Origin: Novosphingobium sp.
GTDB lineage: Bacteria > Pseudomonadota > Alphaproteobacteria > Sphingomonadales > Sphingomonadaceae
Direction of reading: 5' to 3'
Assembly (NCBI RefSeq): GCF_027531025.1
Contig: NZ_JAPZQX010000003.1
Span: 536,190-600,189, forward strand
Length of the DNA: 64,000 bases
Under the pieces are notes generated by a model, which ran no database searches, was not told the DNA's origin, and was given only the letters and a program-made list of their open reading frames with translations. Shown here piece after piece: positions 1 through 9,227 of the stretch. The position numbers and the translations under genes are program-made. The stretch's first letter is position 1; each line of letters begins with the position of its first letter.

Positions 1-275
1 AGAACCAGTTCGTCTCCACCCAGTTTGCGCTGCTCTCGGGCTTTCTGCCGTCGCTGCTGCTGTCGGGGTTCCTGTTCGAAATAGATTCGATGCCCACCGC
101 GATCCAGTGGCTGACCTATATCGTCCCGGCCCGGTACCTGATCCCGCCGCTGCAGAGCGTGTTCCTGGTCGGCGACGTCTGGTCGATGTTTTTGCCTAAC
201 ATCCTGGCGCTTCTGGCGATCGGCGGGTTCTTCTTCCTGCGCGTAACCCGCGCTATTACCCGGCGGATTGCATGA
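1..275 (+). CDS. ABC-2 type transporter permease (YbhS-like), 5' end outside window
   Basis: Frame is open from base 3 (NQFVSTQFALLSGFLPSLLLSGFLFEIDSMP...). Hydrophobic ABC-2 C-terminal pattern; overlaps the next permease by 4 nt. Confidence 0.85.
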   Translation, partial: NQFVSTQFALLSGFLPSLLLSGFLFEIDSMPTAIQWLTYIVPARYLIPPLQSVFLVGDVWSMFLPNILALLAIGGFFFLRVTRAITRRIA

Positions 276-1384
276 GCGGCGCGCTGGCCCGGGTCGTCGC
301 CATGGCGCTGAAGGAACTCAAGGTCGTGCTGCTCGATCGCCGGGTGCTGACCACGCTGGTGATCAGCCCGATCGTGCAGCTGATCCTGTTCGGGTTTGCG
401 ACAACGCTTGAAGTGCGCAACTTCGACCTCGGGATCGTCAATCGCGATCAGGGCGTCGTATCCGAACAGTTCCTTGCAGGCGCCGCCGCAACCCGGAATG
501 TCCGCGAGCTGGTCTACTATCCCAGCGAGGCTGCCCTGGCCGAGGCGATCGAGCGGCGCGAGGTGCTGGGCGGGTTGATCCTGCCCGCCGACCTCTCCGC
601 GCGGCACCAGCGCGGCGAGACGGCGGAGATCGGCCTGCTGCTCGATGGGCGGCGGATCAATGCGGCCCAGATCGTCGCCGGGTACCTCAACGAGATTGCG
701 ATCCTGACCGGGGCGACCCTACAGCCCGCGAGCGTCCGGGCCGCCCCCGGGGTCAGCGAGCGGCACTGGTTCAACGCCAACCTCGATTACAGCTGGTTCA
801 CCCTGCCGGGCATGATCACGCTGATAACCACGGTGATCGTCCTGTCGGTTTCGGTGCAGGCCATTGCCCGCGAGCGCGAATTCGGCACCTGGGACGAGGT
901 GCGGGCGCTGCCCTATCGTCCGTGGGAGATCCTGGCAGGCAAATGCGTGCCGGCTTTCATGGTGGGCGTGGTGAACGGCACGCTCTACATCGTGGTCATA
1001 CCGCTGGTCTCCAGCGTGCCATTCCTTGGCTCATACCCGCTGATGATCCTCTCGATCGCCTGCTTCAGTCTTGCCGTGACCGGGATCGGGCTGGCGATTT
1101 CCACCCTCGCGCAAAACCAGCAGCAGGCTTTTCTCGGCGGTTTCCTGGTGATCGTGCCGATGATGTTGCTGTCCGGATATGCCAGTCCGATCGATGGGAT
1201 GCCTGACTGGTTGAAGCCGATTGCGGCGGTCGATCCGCTCAGTCACATGCTGGTCATCTGCCACGGTCTGTTCCTCAAGGAACTGCCGATTTCTGCCGTC
1301 ATGAGCGAGATCTGGCCGATGCTGGCAGTGGCTGCGACGGCCTTCATTCTGGGCACCGTTTCCTTGCGCAGACGTACGGACTGA
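272..1384 (+). CDS. ABC-2 type transporter permease (YbhR-like)
   Basis: N-terminal KELKVVLLDRR, a periplasmic loop, the REREFGT motif and six C-terminal TM segments ending LSGYASPIDGMP. Confidence 0.9.
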   Translation: MSGALARVVAMALKELKVVLLDRRVLTTLVISPIVQLILFGFATTLEVRNFDLGIVNRDQGVVSEQFLAGAAATRNVRELVYYPSEAALAEAIERREVLGGLILPADLSARHQRGETAEIGLLLDGRRINAAQIVAGYLNEIAILTGATLQPASVRAAPGVSERHWFNANLDYSWFTLPGMITLITTVIVLSVSVQAIAREREFGTWDEVRALPYRPWEILAGKCVPAFMVGVVNGTLYIVVIPLVSSVPFLGSYPLMILSIACFSLAVTGIGLAISTLAQNQQQAFLGGFLVIVPMMLLSGYASPIDGMPDWLKPIAAVDPLSHMLVICHGLFLKELPISAVMSEIWPMLAVAATAFILGTVSLRRRTD

Positions 1385-1521
1385 TCAGGAACGAGACCGA
1401 TGTCCTTGCTGCACCTTGAAAATTTTCTTTGCCAAGGGACTCCGCCTTGAGTTAGATTCTTTCAAAGGGACGCTATCGCGTTTTCCGGCACCCGCCGGGA
1501 ATGGCTGCACACGAGGGAATC

Positions 1522-2484
1522 ATGGATCGAATTTCCAGCGATCTTCCAGGTGGCGACTCGTCGCGTGGCGATAACGAGATGGTTGATTTCGGCGGTGAGC
1601 CCGATGCGGCCGCCTTGCTGGCCCAGGCGCGCCTGCGCCTCTCAATCCCCGATGAACTCTTCACCCTGAACGAGCTCGACGTGTTCTACAGCGAGGGTGA
1701 GCAGGCGCTGTGGACATATATGAGCCCCGCCGCGCGCCCCAGCTTCACGCCGACCATGCTGGGCGATTTCGTCAACTGGCAGCGCCTGATCGCGGCCCAT
1801 TTCGGACCGGAGCGGGTGCCGCTGCGCTATCTGGTGCTGGGCAGCCGCGCGCCGGGCGTATTCTGCTTCGGCGGCGATCTGGAACTGTTCGCCAGCTTCA
1901 TTCGCCAGGGCAACCGTGATGCGCTCGCCGCCTATGGCTATCGCTGCGTCGAAATCCTGCACCGCAACATCAATGCGCTGGACCTGCCGATCCTGACCAT
2001 CGGGATGGTTCAGGGTCAGGCGCTGGGCGGTGGTTTCGAAGCCCTGCTGTCGTTCGACTACATAATTGCCGAGCGCGGCTCGTCCTTCGGTCTGCCCGAA
2101 GTGATGTTCGGCCTGTTCCCCGGCATGGGTGCGCACGCAATCCTGTCACGCAAGCTGGGACAGGCCATGGCTGACCGGATCATCATGGGGAACGAGACCT
2201 ATTCGGCCGAGGCCATGTACGAGCTGGGGATTGTCCATCAGCTGGCCGAACTGGGTGAAGGCGAGGCTGCAGTGCGGGAGTTCATGGCCAAGTCCGCCCG
2301 GCGACATGCCGGTCTGGTCGGCGCGCGCTGTGCCAGCCGTCGGGCCAATGAGGTGACCCTCGCGGAATTGCGCGACATCGTTGATGACTGGGCCGATGCG
2401 GCCCTGCAGCTGCGCGACAGCGACCTCAAGCTGATGCAGCGGCTGGCCGGGGCGCAGTCGCGCCTGGTGCGCAGCGCCGCCTGA
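1522..2484 (+). CDS. rpfF: Crotonase/enoyl-CoA hydratase family protein, RpfF-like DSF synthase
   Basis: Motifs VFCFGGDL, ALGGGFEA and FGLPEVMFGLFPGMGA (both catalytic Glu present), and an AQ-R C-terminus typical of RpfF. Start set at ATG 1522 after GAGGGA; the ORF track starts at 1501. Confidence 0.75.
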   Translation: MDRISSDLPGGDSSRGDNEMVDFGGEPDAAALLAQARLRLSIPDELFTLNELDVFYSEGEQALWTYMSPAARPSFTPTMLGDFVNWQRLIAAHFGPERVPLRYLVLGSRAPGVFCFGGDLELFASFIRQGNRDALAAYGYRCVEILHRNINALDLPILTIGMVQGQALGGGFEALLSFDYIIAERGSSFGLPEVMFGLFPGMGAHAILSRKLGQAMADRIIMGNETYSAEAMYELGIVHQLAELGEGEAAVREFMAKSARRHAGLVGARCASRRANEVTLAELRDIVDDWADAALQLRDSDLKLMQRLAGAQSRLVRSAA

Positions 2485-3600
2485 TCAGCCTTCCTCGCCG
2501 TGACCCAGCGCCAGGTAATCGGCGCTCTGCATTTCCTGTAGCCGGCTGACGGTGCGTTCGAATTCGAACCGCCCGTCACCCTTGGCGTAAAGCTCGTCGG
2601 GTTCGGCGTCAGCGGTGGCCAGCAGCTTGACCTTGTGCTCGTAGAGGGCGTCGATCAGAGTGACGAACCGGGCCGCCTCGTTGCGGTTTTCCGGCCCCAT
2701 CCGCGGAATGCCGACCAGGATCACCGTGTGATAGGTCTGGGCGATCGCCAGATAGTCCGCCGCGCCGCGCGCTTCGGCGCAGAGCCGCTTGAAGCTGAAC
2801 ACTGCGACGCCCTTCAGGCTCTTCGGTACGTGCAGCTTGCGCCCGCCACCCAGATCCAGCTCGGCCGCCGGGACATGGGCGGCGTCTTCGGGCGGATAGT
2901 CGGTCAGCCGAAAGAAGGCCTCGCGCACCTGGGCTGTCGCCGCATCGCCTAGCGGCGTGTGCCAGGTGGCCATGCCGCCCAGTCGCTCAAGCCGGTAATC
3001 GACCGGGCCGTTCAGCGCCATGACGTCAAGCTCGCGCTCGATCAGGGCGATGAAGGGCAGGAAGTGCTCACGGTTGAGACCGTCCTTGTAAAGCTCTGAC
3101 GGAGCGCGGTTGCTGGTGGTGACGATGACAAGGCCGTGATCGCGGATCAGTGCGGTGAACAGCCGGCTCATGATCATGGCGTCGGCGGAATTGTTCACCA
3201 CCATCTCGTCGAAGGCGAGTACCTTGAGCTCGCTCGCCAGAGCGGCCGCGACCGGCGGGATCGGATCGCCGGTTTCGCTTTTGCGCGCCTCGCGCAGGCG
3301 GGCATGAACCTCGAGCATGAAGGCGTGGAAATGGGCGCGCCGTTTGGCGGGGATCGCCAGGCATTCGTGGAACAGGTCCATCAGCATGGACTTGCCGCGA
3401 CCCACGCCGCCCCAGAGATAAAGGCCGCGTGGGGCAACGGGCTTGCGCCCCAGCAAGCGGCCGATCAGACCTGGCTGGCCAAGGTTTTCCAGTTCGGCTT
3501 GGAGGTGGTCGAGCCGTTCGGCCGCAGCCCGCTGTTCTGGATCCGGGCGCAGTTCGCCTGCCGCGACCAGCTCCTCATAGCGCGCCAGAACCCTGGTCAT
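2485..3600 (-). CDS. zapE: AFG1/ZapE family ATPase
   Basis: GLYLWGGVGRGKSMLMDLF (Walker A), LAFDEMVV (Walker B), TTSNRAP and RFVTLIDALYE. Confidence 0.93.
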   Translation of the reverse strand: MTRVLARYEELVAAGELRPDPEQRAAAERLDHLQAELENLGQPGLIGRLLGRKPVAPRGLYLWGGVGRGKSMLMDLFHECLAIPAKRRAHFHAFMLEVHARLREARKSETGDPIPPVAAALASELKVLAFDEMVVNNSADAMIMSRLFTALIRDHGLVIVTTSNRAPSELYKDGLNREHFLPFIALIERELDVMALNGPVDYRLERLGGMATWHTPLGDAATAQVREAFFRLTDYPPEDAAHVPAAELDLGGGRKLHVPKSLKGVAVFSFKRLCAEARGAADYLAIAQTYHTVILVGIPRMGPENRNEAARFVTLIDALYEHKVKLLATADAEPDELYAKGDGRFEFERTVSRLQEMQSADYLALGHGEEG

Positions 3601-4061
3601 CAGCGCGTCGGCTTGCGGACGATGCCCGAGAAGGTTGCGACTAGGTGGCTGTCATCCTCTCCCTGGACCACGGTGCCGCGCATGAATACCAGTCGCTTGG
3701 TTTCACGCATCACCTCGATCACGGCATCCAGCGGCCGGTCGAGCGATCCGGCACCGATGAACTGGCTGGACAACTCCAGCGTGACCGATCCCCCAGCATT
3801 GCCATTGAGCAGGGTGCGCATCGCCGCGAACAGCGAGATGTCGATCAGGGCCAGCGTCACCGCGCCATGGACCATGTCGAGCAGGTTCGAATGCTTCCGT
3901 TCCGGGAACATTCGAACCCGGCAGGCGCGGTGACCCTCTGGCCGAACCAGCATCCGCCCCATGGTCTGGGCGTTGAACCGGGTGTCGTCGGCCAGCTCCC
4001 ACCGATGCCAGCCGGGGTTGTCCGGATCGGGCTCGTAAATGAAACCGCGCTGGTCGTTCAC
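3600..4061 (-). CDS. PaaI family thioesterase (hotdog fold)
   Basis: HSNLLDMVHGAVTLALID motif; 1-nt overlap with zapE and directly abuts sdhB. Confidence 0.88.
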   Translation of the reverse strand: MNDQRGFIYEPDPDNPGWHRWELADDTRFNAQTMGRMLVRPEGHRACRVRMFPERKHSNLLDMVHGAVTLALIDISLFAAMRTLLNGNAGGSVTLELSSQFIGAGSLDRPLDAVIEVMRETKRLVFMRGTVVQGEDDSHLVATFSGIVRKPTR

Positions 4062-4844
4062 TTAGATGTGCCGTTCAGCCCGCATCTTCTTGATTTCGGC
4101 GATCGCGCGGGCCGGCGAAAGCCCCTTGGGGCAGACGTTGGCGCAGTTCATGATCGTGTGGCAGCGATAGAGGCGGAACGGATCTTCCAGCTCGTCCAGT
4201 CGCTCACCGGTCATCTCGTCGCGGCTGTCGGCCAGCCAGCGATAGGCCTGGAGCAGGATCGCCGGGCCCAGGAACTTGTCGCTGTTCCACCAGTAGCTGG
4301 GGCACGAGGTGGAGCAGCAGGCGCACAGGATGCACTCGTACAGGCCATCCAGCTTTTCGCGCTGTTCGGGGCTCTGCAGCCGTTCCTTGCCCGACGGCGT
4401 GGTGCTGACGGTCTGCAGCCAGGGACGGATCGAGGCGTACTGGGCATAGAAGTGAGTGAAATCGGGCACCAGGTCCTTGATCACTTCCATGTGCGGCAGC
4501 GGGGTGATGCGGATTTCGCCCGACAGGTCCTCGATCGCCGTGGTGCAGGCAAGGCCGTTGCGGCCATTTATATTCATCGCGCAGGAACCGCAAATCCCTT
4601 CGCGGCATGAGCGGCGGAAAGTCAGCGTCGGGTCCATTTCCGACTTCACCTTGATCAGCGCGTCGAGCACCATCGGGCCGCACTGGTCGAGATCGATTTC
4701 GAAGGTGTCGTAACGCGGGTTTTCCCCGCTGTCGGGATCGTAGCGATAGACGGTGAACTTCTTCGCGCGGGCCGCGCCCTCGGCCCTGTGATGCCGGCCC
4801 TGGCCCTTGATCTTGCTGTTCGCAGGAAGCGTGAAAGTCGCCAT
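4062..4844 (-). CDS. sdhB: Succinate dehydrogenase iron-sulfur subunit
   Basis: [20 protein letters not shown] and [12 protein letters not shown] Fe-S motifs. Start moved to ATG 4844 (AGGGA RBS). Confidence 0.97.
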   Translation of the reverse strand: MATFTLPANSKIKGQGRHHRAEGAARAKKFTVYRYDPDSGENPRYDTFEIDLDQCGPMVLDALIKVKSEMDPTLTFRRSCREGICGSCAMNINGRNGLACTTAIEDLSGEIRITPLPHMEVIKDLVPDFTHFYAQYASIRPWLQTVSTTPSGKERLQSPEQREKLDGLYECILCACCSTSCPSYWWNSDKFLGPAILLQAYRWLADSRDEMTGERLDELEDPFRLYRCHTIMNCANVCPKGLSPARAIAEIKKMRAERHI

Positions 4845-4888
4845 GTCTGTCCCTGTCACTATGCGGGTTCAACCCGATTCCGCCATTC

Positions 4889-4916
4889 CCTCTAGCGATT
4901 CAGGCGCGCGGGGCAA
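4889..4916 (-). promoter_or_regulatory. Putative sigma70-type promoter of sdhB
   Basis: Minus strand TTGCCC-N16-TAGAGG, about 45 nt upstream of sdhB; resembles the elements upstream of nuoA and acpP. Confidence 0.4.
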
Positions 4917-4932
4917 GCGGTACGAAAGGCTG

Positions 4933-5820
4933 TCAGCCTCCAAGCCGTGCGGCATCGGCAATGGCTGCGGTAAAGCCGGCTGGATCATCTTCCTGGATGA
5001 AATGTCCGCCGTGCAAGGTGCGATGCGGCATGCCGCGCGTTCCCGGCACCCGTTCCAGCCACACGGCATCCCCGCCGCGCGTGATCGGATCACCATCCGA
5101 GAAGCAGCAGACGAACGGCTTTTCCCAGCGCTTGAACACTTCCCAGGCGCGCAATTGATCGGGCACCGCGGGATTGCCTTTGAACGGCACCAGCGGCGGA
5201 TAGGCCCGCGCCGCCGCCTTGCTGGCACGGGTGGGGAAGGGCGCGTCATAGGCGGCGACTTCTTCGGTCGTCAGGGCGCGCTTGGTACCCCGCTTGACGA
5301 TCCCGCCGATCGGGAACAGCGGGCTGTACTTGGCAAAGGCCCGCCAGATCGCGAACGCGCGGGGAGCATCCTGACCATCGGGGAGGCCGCCATTCGAAAG
5401 GGCCACGGCCGCGAACCGATCAGGCACCTCGGCCACGACGCGCAGCCCGATCAGCGAGCCCCAGTCCTGGCAACCCAGCGTCACGCCCTTGAGGTCCAGC
5501 GCCTCGACCCATTCGCGGATCCACGCGACCTGCCCGGCATAGGAATAGCTGGCCTGACCCAGCAGCTTGTCCGAGCGACCGAACCCGATCAGGTCCGGCA
5601 CCAGGACGCGAAAGCCCTGTTCGGTCAGCAGCGGGATCATGTGCCGCCAGAGATAGCTCCAGGTCGGCTCGCCATGCAGCAGCAGTACCGCCGGGCCATC
5701 GCGCGGACCTTCGTCTAGGTAATGGACGCGCAAGCCGCTGTGCAGTTCAAGATAGTGCGGCGTGAAGCCGAAGCCCGGCAAATCGGCAAATCGATCGTTG
5801 GGCGTCCGATAGACCTGCAT
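4933..5820 (-). CDS. Haloalkane dehalogenase (alpha/beta hydrolase, DhlA/DhmA-like)
   Basis: YRTP..RF N-terminus, LLHGEPTWSY, PDLIGFGRSDK, nucleophile QDWG, acid FSDGDP and base GGHFIQED. Confidence 0.88.
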   Translation of the reverse strand: MQVYRTPNDRFADLPGFGFTPHYLELHSGLRVHYLDEGPRDGPAVLLLHGEPTWSYLWRHMIPLLTEQGFRVLVPDLIGFGRSDKLLGQASYSYAGQVAWIREWVEALDLKGVTLGCQDWGSLIGLRVVAEVPDRFAAVALSNGGLPDGQDAPRAFAIWRAFAKYSPLFPIGGIVKRGTKRALTTEEVAAYDAPFPTRASKAAARAYPPLVPFKGNPAVPDQLRAWEVFKRWEKPFVCCFSDGDPITRGGDAVWLERVPGTRGMPHRTLHGGHFIQEDDPAGFTAAIADAARLGG

Positions 5821-5887
5821 TGACGCTTTCTCCCCGTGTAGTTTGTGGCATCATGTAACGGGCCAGGGACAAAGGGAAGGGGCGGCG

Positions 5888-6520
5888 ATGGGCTTTGCGC
5901 AATGGTATGACGATCACGTAGTGCCGCGGCTGATCCGCTGCGCCTGTTCCGGCCCGGCGATCATGGCATTGCGTGAAAAGGTGGTGCCACTGGCCAGCGG
6001 GGCTGTGTTCGAGCTTGGCTGCGGCGGGGGGTTGAACCAGCGCTTCTATGATGCCTCGCGGATCACCAGCTATGCCGGGGTCGACCCTTCGGGCAAGGGG
6101 CTTGAATTCGCCCGCTCCGAGGCAGAACGCAAGGGCTGGGCGCACGACATCCGCGAGGGGGTGGGTGAGGCGATTCCCTTTGCGGACAACAGTTTCGATT
6201 CGGTGGTCTGCACCTTCACGCTCTGTTCGGTCCACGATCCGGCGCAGACGCTGCACGAGATGCGGCGGGTGTTGAAGCCCGGTGGTCGGCTGTTGTTTGC
6301 CGAGCATGGCGCTGCGCCCGATCCGGGTGTGCGGCGCTGGCAGGAACGGATCGAGCCGGTTTGGAAACGCCTGGCCGGGGGCTGCCACCTGACGCGCCCG
6401 GTATCAGGCTCGATCAAGCAGGGCGGCTTCGCGGTCGAACCCTTGGGCGCACGTTATGCGCCCAAGACTCCGCGTTTTGCTGGCTGGATGGAGTGGGGCG
6501 AAGCAACAAAGGCCGGGTAG
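5888..6520 (+). CDS. Class I SAM-dependent methyltransferase
   Basis: FELGCGGG motif I, FDSVVCTFTLCSV, RVLKPGGRLLFAEH. Start at ATG 5888 after a purine-rich RBS. Confidence 0.9.
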   Translation: MGFAQWYDDHVVPRLIRCACSGPAIMALREKVVPLASGAVFELGCGGGLNQRFYDASRITSYAGVDPSGKGLEFARSEAERKGWAHDIREGVGEAIPFADNSFDSVVCTFTLCSVHDPAQTLHEMRRVLKPGGRLLFAEHGAAPDPGVRRWQERIEPVWKRLAGGCHLTRPVSGSIKQGGFAVEPLGARYAPKTPRFAGWMEWGEATKAG

Positions 6521-6537
6521 CAGTACTACCCGGCCTT
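6509..6537. terminator. Bidirectional hairpin between convergent methyltransferase and rne
   Basis: Perfect 12-bp stem AAGGCCGGGTAG-CAGTA-CTACCCGGCCTT. Confidence 0.7.
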
Positions 6538-6569
6538 CGTCAGACTGCCAGAAAGCTAGGCGACAGGGC

Positions 6570-9227
6570 TTAGTCGCCGAAGGTCCGCTGCCACCAGCCG
6601 CGGCGGGGCGTGGCATCAGCATCATCAGCTTCAGTAGCTTCCGCAGCAGGCGTTTCAGCTTCAGCTTCGGCAACAGGCTCGACGGCCTTCTTGCGGCTCC
6701 GCTTGGGCTTGGCAGGGGCTTCTTCCGCCGGTGCTTCGACAACCGGTTCGGCCGGAGCCTCCGCAATGACTTCAGCCTCGACCTCTGCCTTCTTCTTGCG
6801 GGTGCGCTTCGGCTTGGCCGGAGCTTCCTCGGCAGTGGTTTCGGGTTCGGCAGGTGCCTCTACCGGAGCCTCAGCGACGGCTTCGGCTTCGACATCCGCC
6901 TTCGTCTTGCGGGTGCGCTTCGGCTTGGCTGGTGCCTCTTCGGCAACCAGTTCGGCCTCGGCAGTGGTTTCACCCGCTGCCTCGTCGCCGGACGACTGCT
7001 CATCGCTGCCCTCGGCTTCGCCCTGGTCATCGCGATTGCCGTTGCGACCGCGCCCGCCGCGACGGCGACGGCGGCGCTTGCGCGGGCCTTCCTCGTCACG
7101 ACCGCCGCGCTCACCTTCTTCGCGTTCGTCGCCTTCTTCACCGGCAGCTTCGCCATCAGCCGCCTCACCGGCTTCGCCTTCGGGATCGCCTTCCTCGCGG
7201 TCACGATCGCGACCGCCACGGCGGCGACGGCGACGGCGGCGCTTGCCGCGTCCTTCGCCGTCTTCGCCACGGGATTCGCGGCGTTCCTCGCGCTCTTCCT
7301 CGGTTTCGTCCTCATCGTCCTCGATGTCGACGATATCGTCTTCGTCTTCGAAGGTGATCGTTTCGAACTTCGGCACGAATTCCGGGCGCGGGCCGGACGA
7401 ACCGACGCGCATCTTCGCGCCTTCGTTCTCACCCTCGGGCAGGACCTCAACCCGCACGCCGTAACGGGCCTCGATCTCGGCAAGATCGGCGCGTTTGGCG
7501 TTGAGCAGGTAGACCGCCGCTTCGGTGCTGGCGAACAGCGAAATGATCGAACCCTTGCCCTTGGCAGCTTCGTCCTCGATCAGGCGCAGGGCGGAAAGGC
7601 CCGCGCTCGAAGCAGTGCGAACAAGGCCGGTGCCATCGCAGTGCGGGCACTGGCGAGTGGTCGCTTCAAGCACGCCGGTGCGCAGGCGCTGGCGGCTCAT
7701 TTCCATCAGGCCGAAGCTCGAAATCCGGCCAACCTGGATGCGGGCGCGGTCGTTCTTGAGCGCGTCCTTCATGGCCTTCTCGACCTTGCGGACGTTCGAG
7801 CCATATTCCATGTCGATAAAGTCGATCACGACCAGCCCGGCCATGTCGCGCAGACGCAGCTGGCGGGCAATCTCGCGCGCGGCTTCAAGGTTGGTGTTGA
7901 GCGCCGTCGCCTCAATCCCGTGTTCCTTGGTGGAACGGCCCGAGTTGATGTCGATCGAAACCAGCGCTTCGGTCGGGTTGATGACGATATAGCCGCCGCT
8001 CTTCAGCTGGACGACCGGATCGTACATCGCGGTGAGCTGGTCTTCGGCGCCATAGCGCTGGAACAGCGGTACCGGATCGGCATAGTGCTTCACCCGCTTG
8101 GCGTGGCTGGGCATCAGCATCTTCATGAAATCGCGGGCGAGGCGATAACCATCGTCGCCCTCGACCACCACTTCTTCGATCTCGCGGTTGTAGATGTCGC
8201 GGATTGCGCGCTTGATCAGGTCGCTGTCCGAATGGATCAGCGCCGGCGCGGTGCTCTTCAGCGTGGTTTCGCGAATATCGTCCCACAGCCGCGCGAGATA
8301 GTCGAAGTCACGCTTGATCTCGGTCTTGGTGCGCTGGAGCCCGGCAGTGCGGACGATGCAGCCCATCGACTTGGGTAGGTCCATCTCGGCAATGATCGAC
8401 TTCAGGCGCTTGCGGTCGGCGGCCGAGCTGATCTTGCGGCTGATCCCGCCGCCGTGGCTGGAATTGGGCATCAGCACGCAATAGCGGCCAGCGAGGCTGA
8501 GATAGGTGGTCAGGGCGGCGCCCTTGTTGCCGCGCTCTTCCTTGACGACCTGGACCAGCAGCACCTGGCGGCGCTGGATCACGTCCTGGATCTTGTAGCG
8601 GCGGCGCAGCGCCATGCGCTTGGCGCGCACCTCGTCGGCTTCCTTGGCCTTGCCGCGACCTTGGCGACGCTTGCCGCGACGCGGGCGTTCCTCGCCCGAA
8701 GCCTCGGCGGCTTCCTCGCCCTCGTGGTCGAAGGCGTTTTCGATGGCGCCATCCTCGATGGTGGCAACCTCGTCCTTTTCGGCGGTGTCGACCTCGGTCA
8801 CGCCGCCCATCTCGTCGTCGTGATAGGCCTCGTGCGTGGTCCCGGCGAGATCGTCAGCCAGGCTTTCGCCCAGCTCGTCATCGCCAACGAAGTCTTCCTC
8901 ACCCTCGGCAATGGCGCGCAGCGCGGCCTCTTCCTCGGCGTGGGCGGCCTCTTCGGCCAGCAGCGCCTCGCGATCTTCCTTCGGGATCTGGTAGTAATCC
9001 GGATGGATTTCACTGAAGGCCAGGAAGCCGTGGCGATTGCCGCCGAAGTCGACGAAAGCCGCCTGCAGCGACGGTTCGACCCGTGTAACCTTGGCTAGAT
9101 AGATGTTGCCCTTGATCTGCTTGTGTTCGGCAGATTCAAAGTCGAATTCCTCAATCCGGTTGCCCTTGAGCACCGCCACCCGGGTTTCTTCCTGGTGGCG
9201 CGCATCGATCAGCATGCGCATGGTCAT
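6570..9227 (-). CDS. rne: Ribonuclease E
   Basis: KGNIYLAKVTRVEPSLQAAFVDFG, VSIDINSG, DFIDM, Zn-link CPHC, an acidic S1 insertion, a charged disordered C-terminal domain and terminal RRGWWQR. Confidence 0.97.
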   Translation of the reverse strand: MTMRMLIDARHQEETRVAVLKGNRIEEFDFESAEHKQIKGNIYLAKVTRVEPSLQAAFVDFGGNRHGFLAFSEIHPDYYQIPKEDREALLAEEAAHAEEEAALRAIAEGEEDFVGDDELGESLADDLAGTTHEAYHDDEMGGVTEVDTAEKDEVATIEDGAIENAFDHEGEEAAEASGEERPRRGKRRQGRGKAKEADEVRAKRMALRRRYKIQDVIQRRQVLLVQVVKEERGNKGAALTTYLSLAGRYCVLMPNSSHGGGISRKISSAADRKRLKSIIAEMDLPKSMGCIVRTAGLQRTKTEIKRDFDYLARLWDDIRETTLKSTAPALIHSDSDLIKRAIRDIYNREIEEVVVEGDDGYRLARDFMKMLMPSHAKRVKHYADPVPLFQRYGAEDQLTAMYDPVVQLKSGGYIVINPTEALVSIDINSGRSTKEHGIEATALNTNLEAAREIARQLRLRDMAGLVVIDFIDMEYGSNVRKVEKAMKDALKNDRARIQVGRISSFGLMEMSRQRLRTGVLEATTRQCPHCDGTGLVRTASSAGLSALRLIEDEAAKGKGSIISLFASTEAAVYLLNAKRADLAEIEARYGVRVEVLPEGENEGAKMRVGSSGPRPEFVPKFETITFEDEDDIVDIEDDEDETEEEREERRESRGEDGEGRGKRRRRRRRRGGRDRDREEGDPEGEAGEAADGEAAGEEGDEREEGERGGRDEEGPRKRRRRRRGGRGRNGNRDDQGEAEGSDEQSSGDEAAGETTAEAELVAEEAPAKPKRTRKTKADVEAEAVAEAPVEAPAEPETTAEEAPAKPKRTRKKKAEVEAEVIAEAPAEPVVEAPAEEAPAKPKRSRKKAVEPVAEAEAETPAAEATEADDADATPRRGWWQRTFGD
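6688..6942 (-). repeat. Three EEAPAKPKR(T/S)RK repeats in the RNase E C-terminal tail
   Basis: Near-identical DNA units at about 6688-6726, 6796-6831 and 6907-6942. Confidence 0.85.

Noticed and set aside
1447-1465. TTGA...TCAA as an FNR/FixK box
   Set aside because: The spacer is 11 nt, whereas the consensus TTGAT-N4-ATCAA needs 6 nt between TTGA and TCAA.
6456-8378. Long antisense ORFs (640 aa here; also 11683-13488, 21878-23683, 34006-36531, 47319-49937, 56551-58461)
   Set aside because: They mirror well-supported genes on the opposite strand and show no motifs. This is the expected shadow of high-GC3 codon usage.
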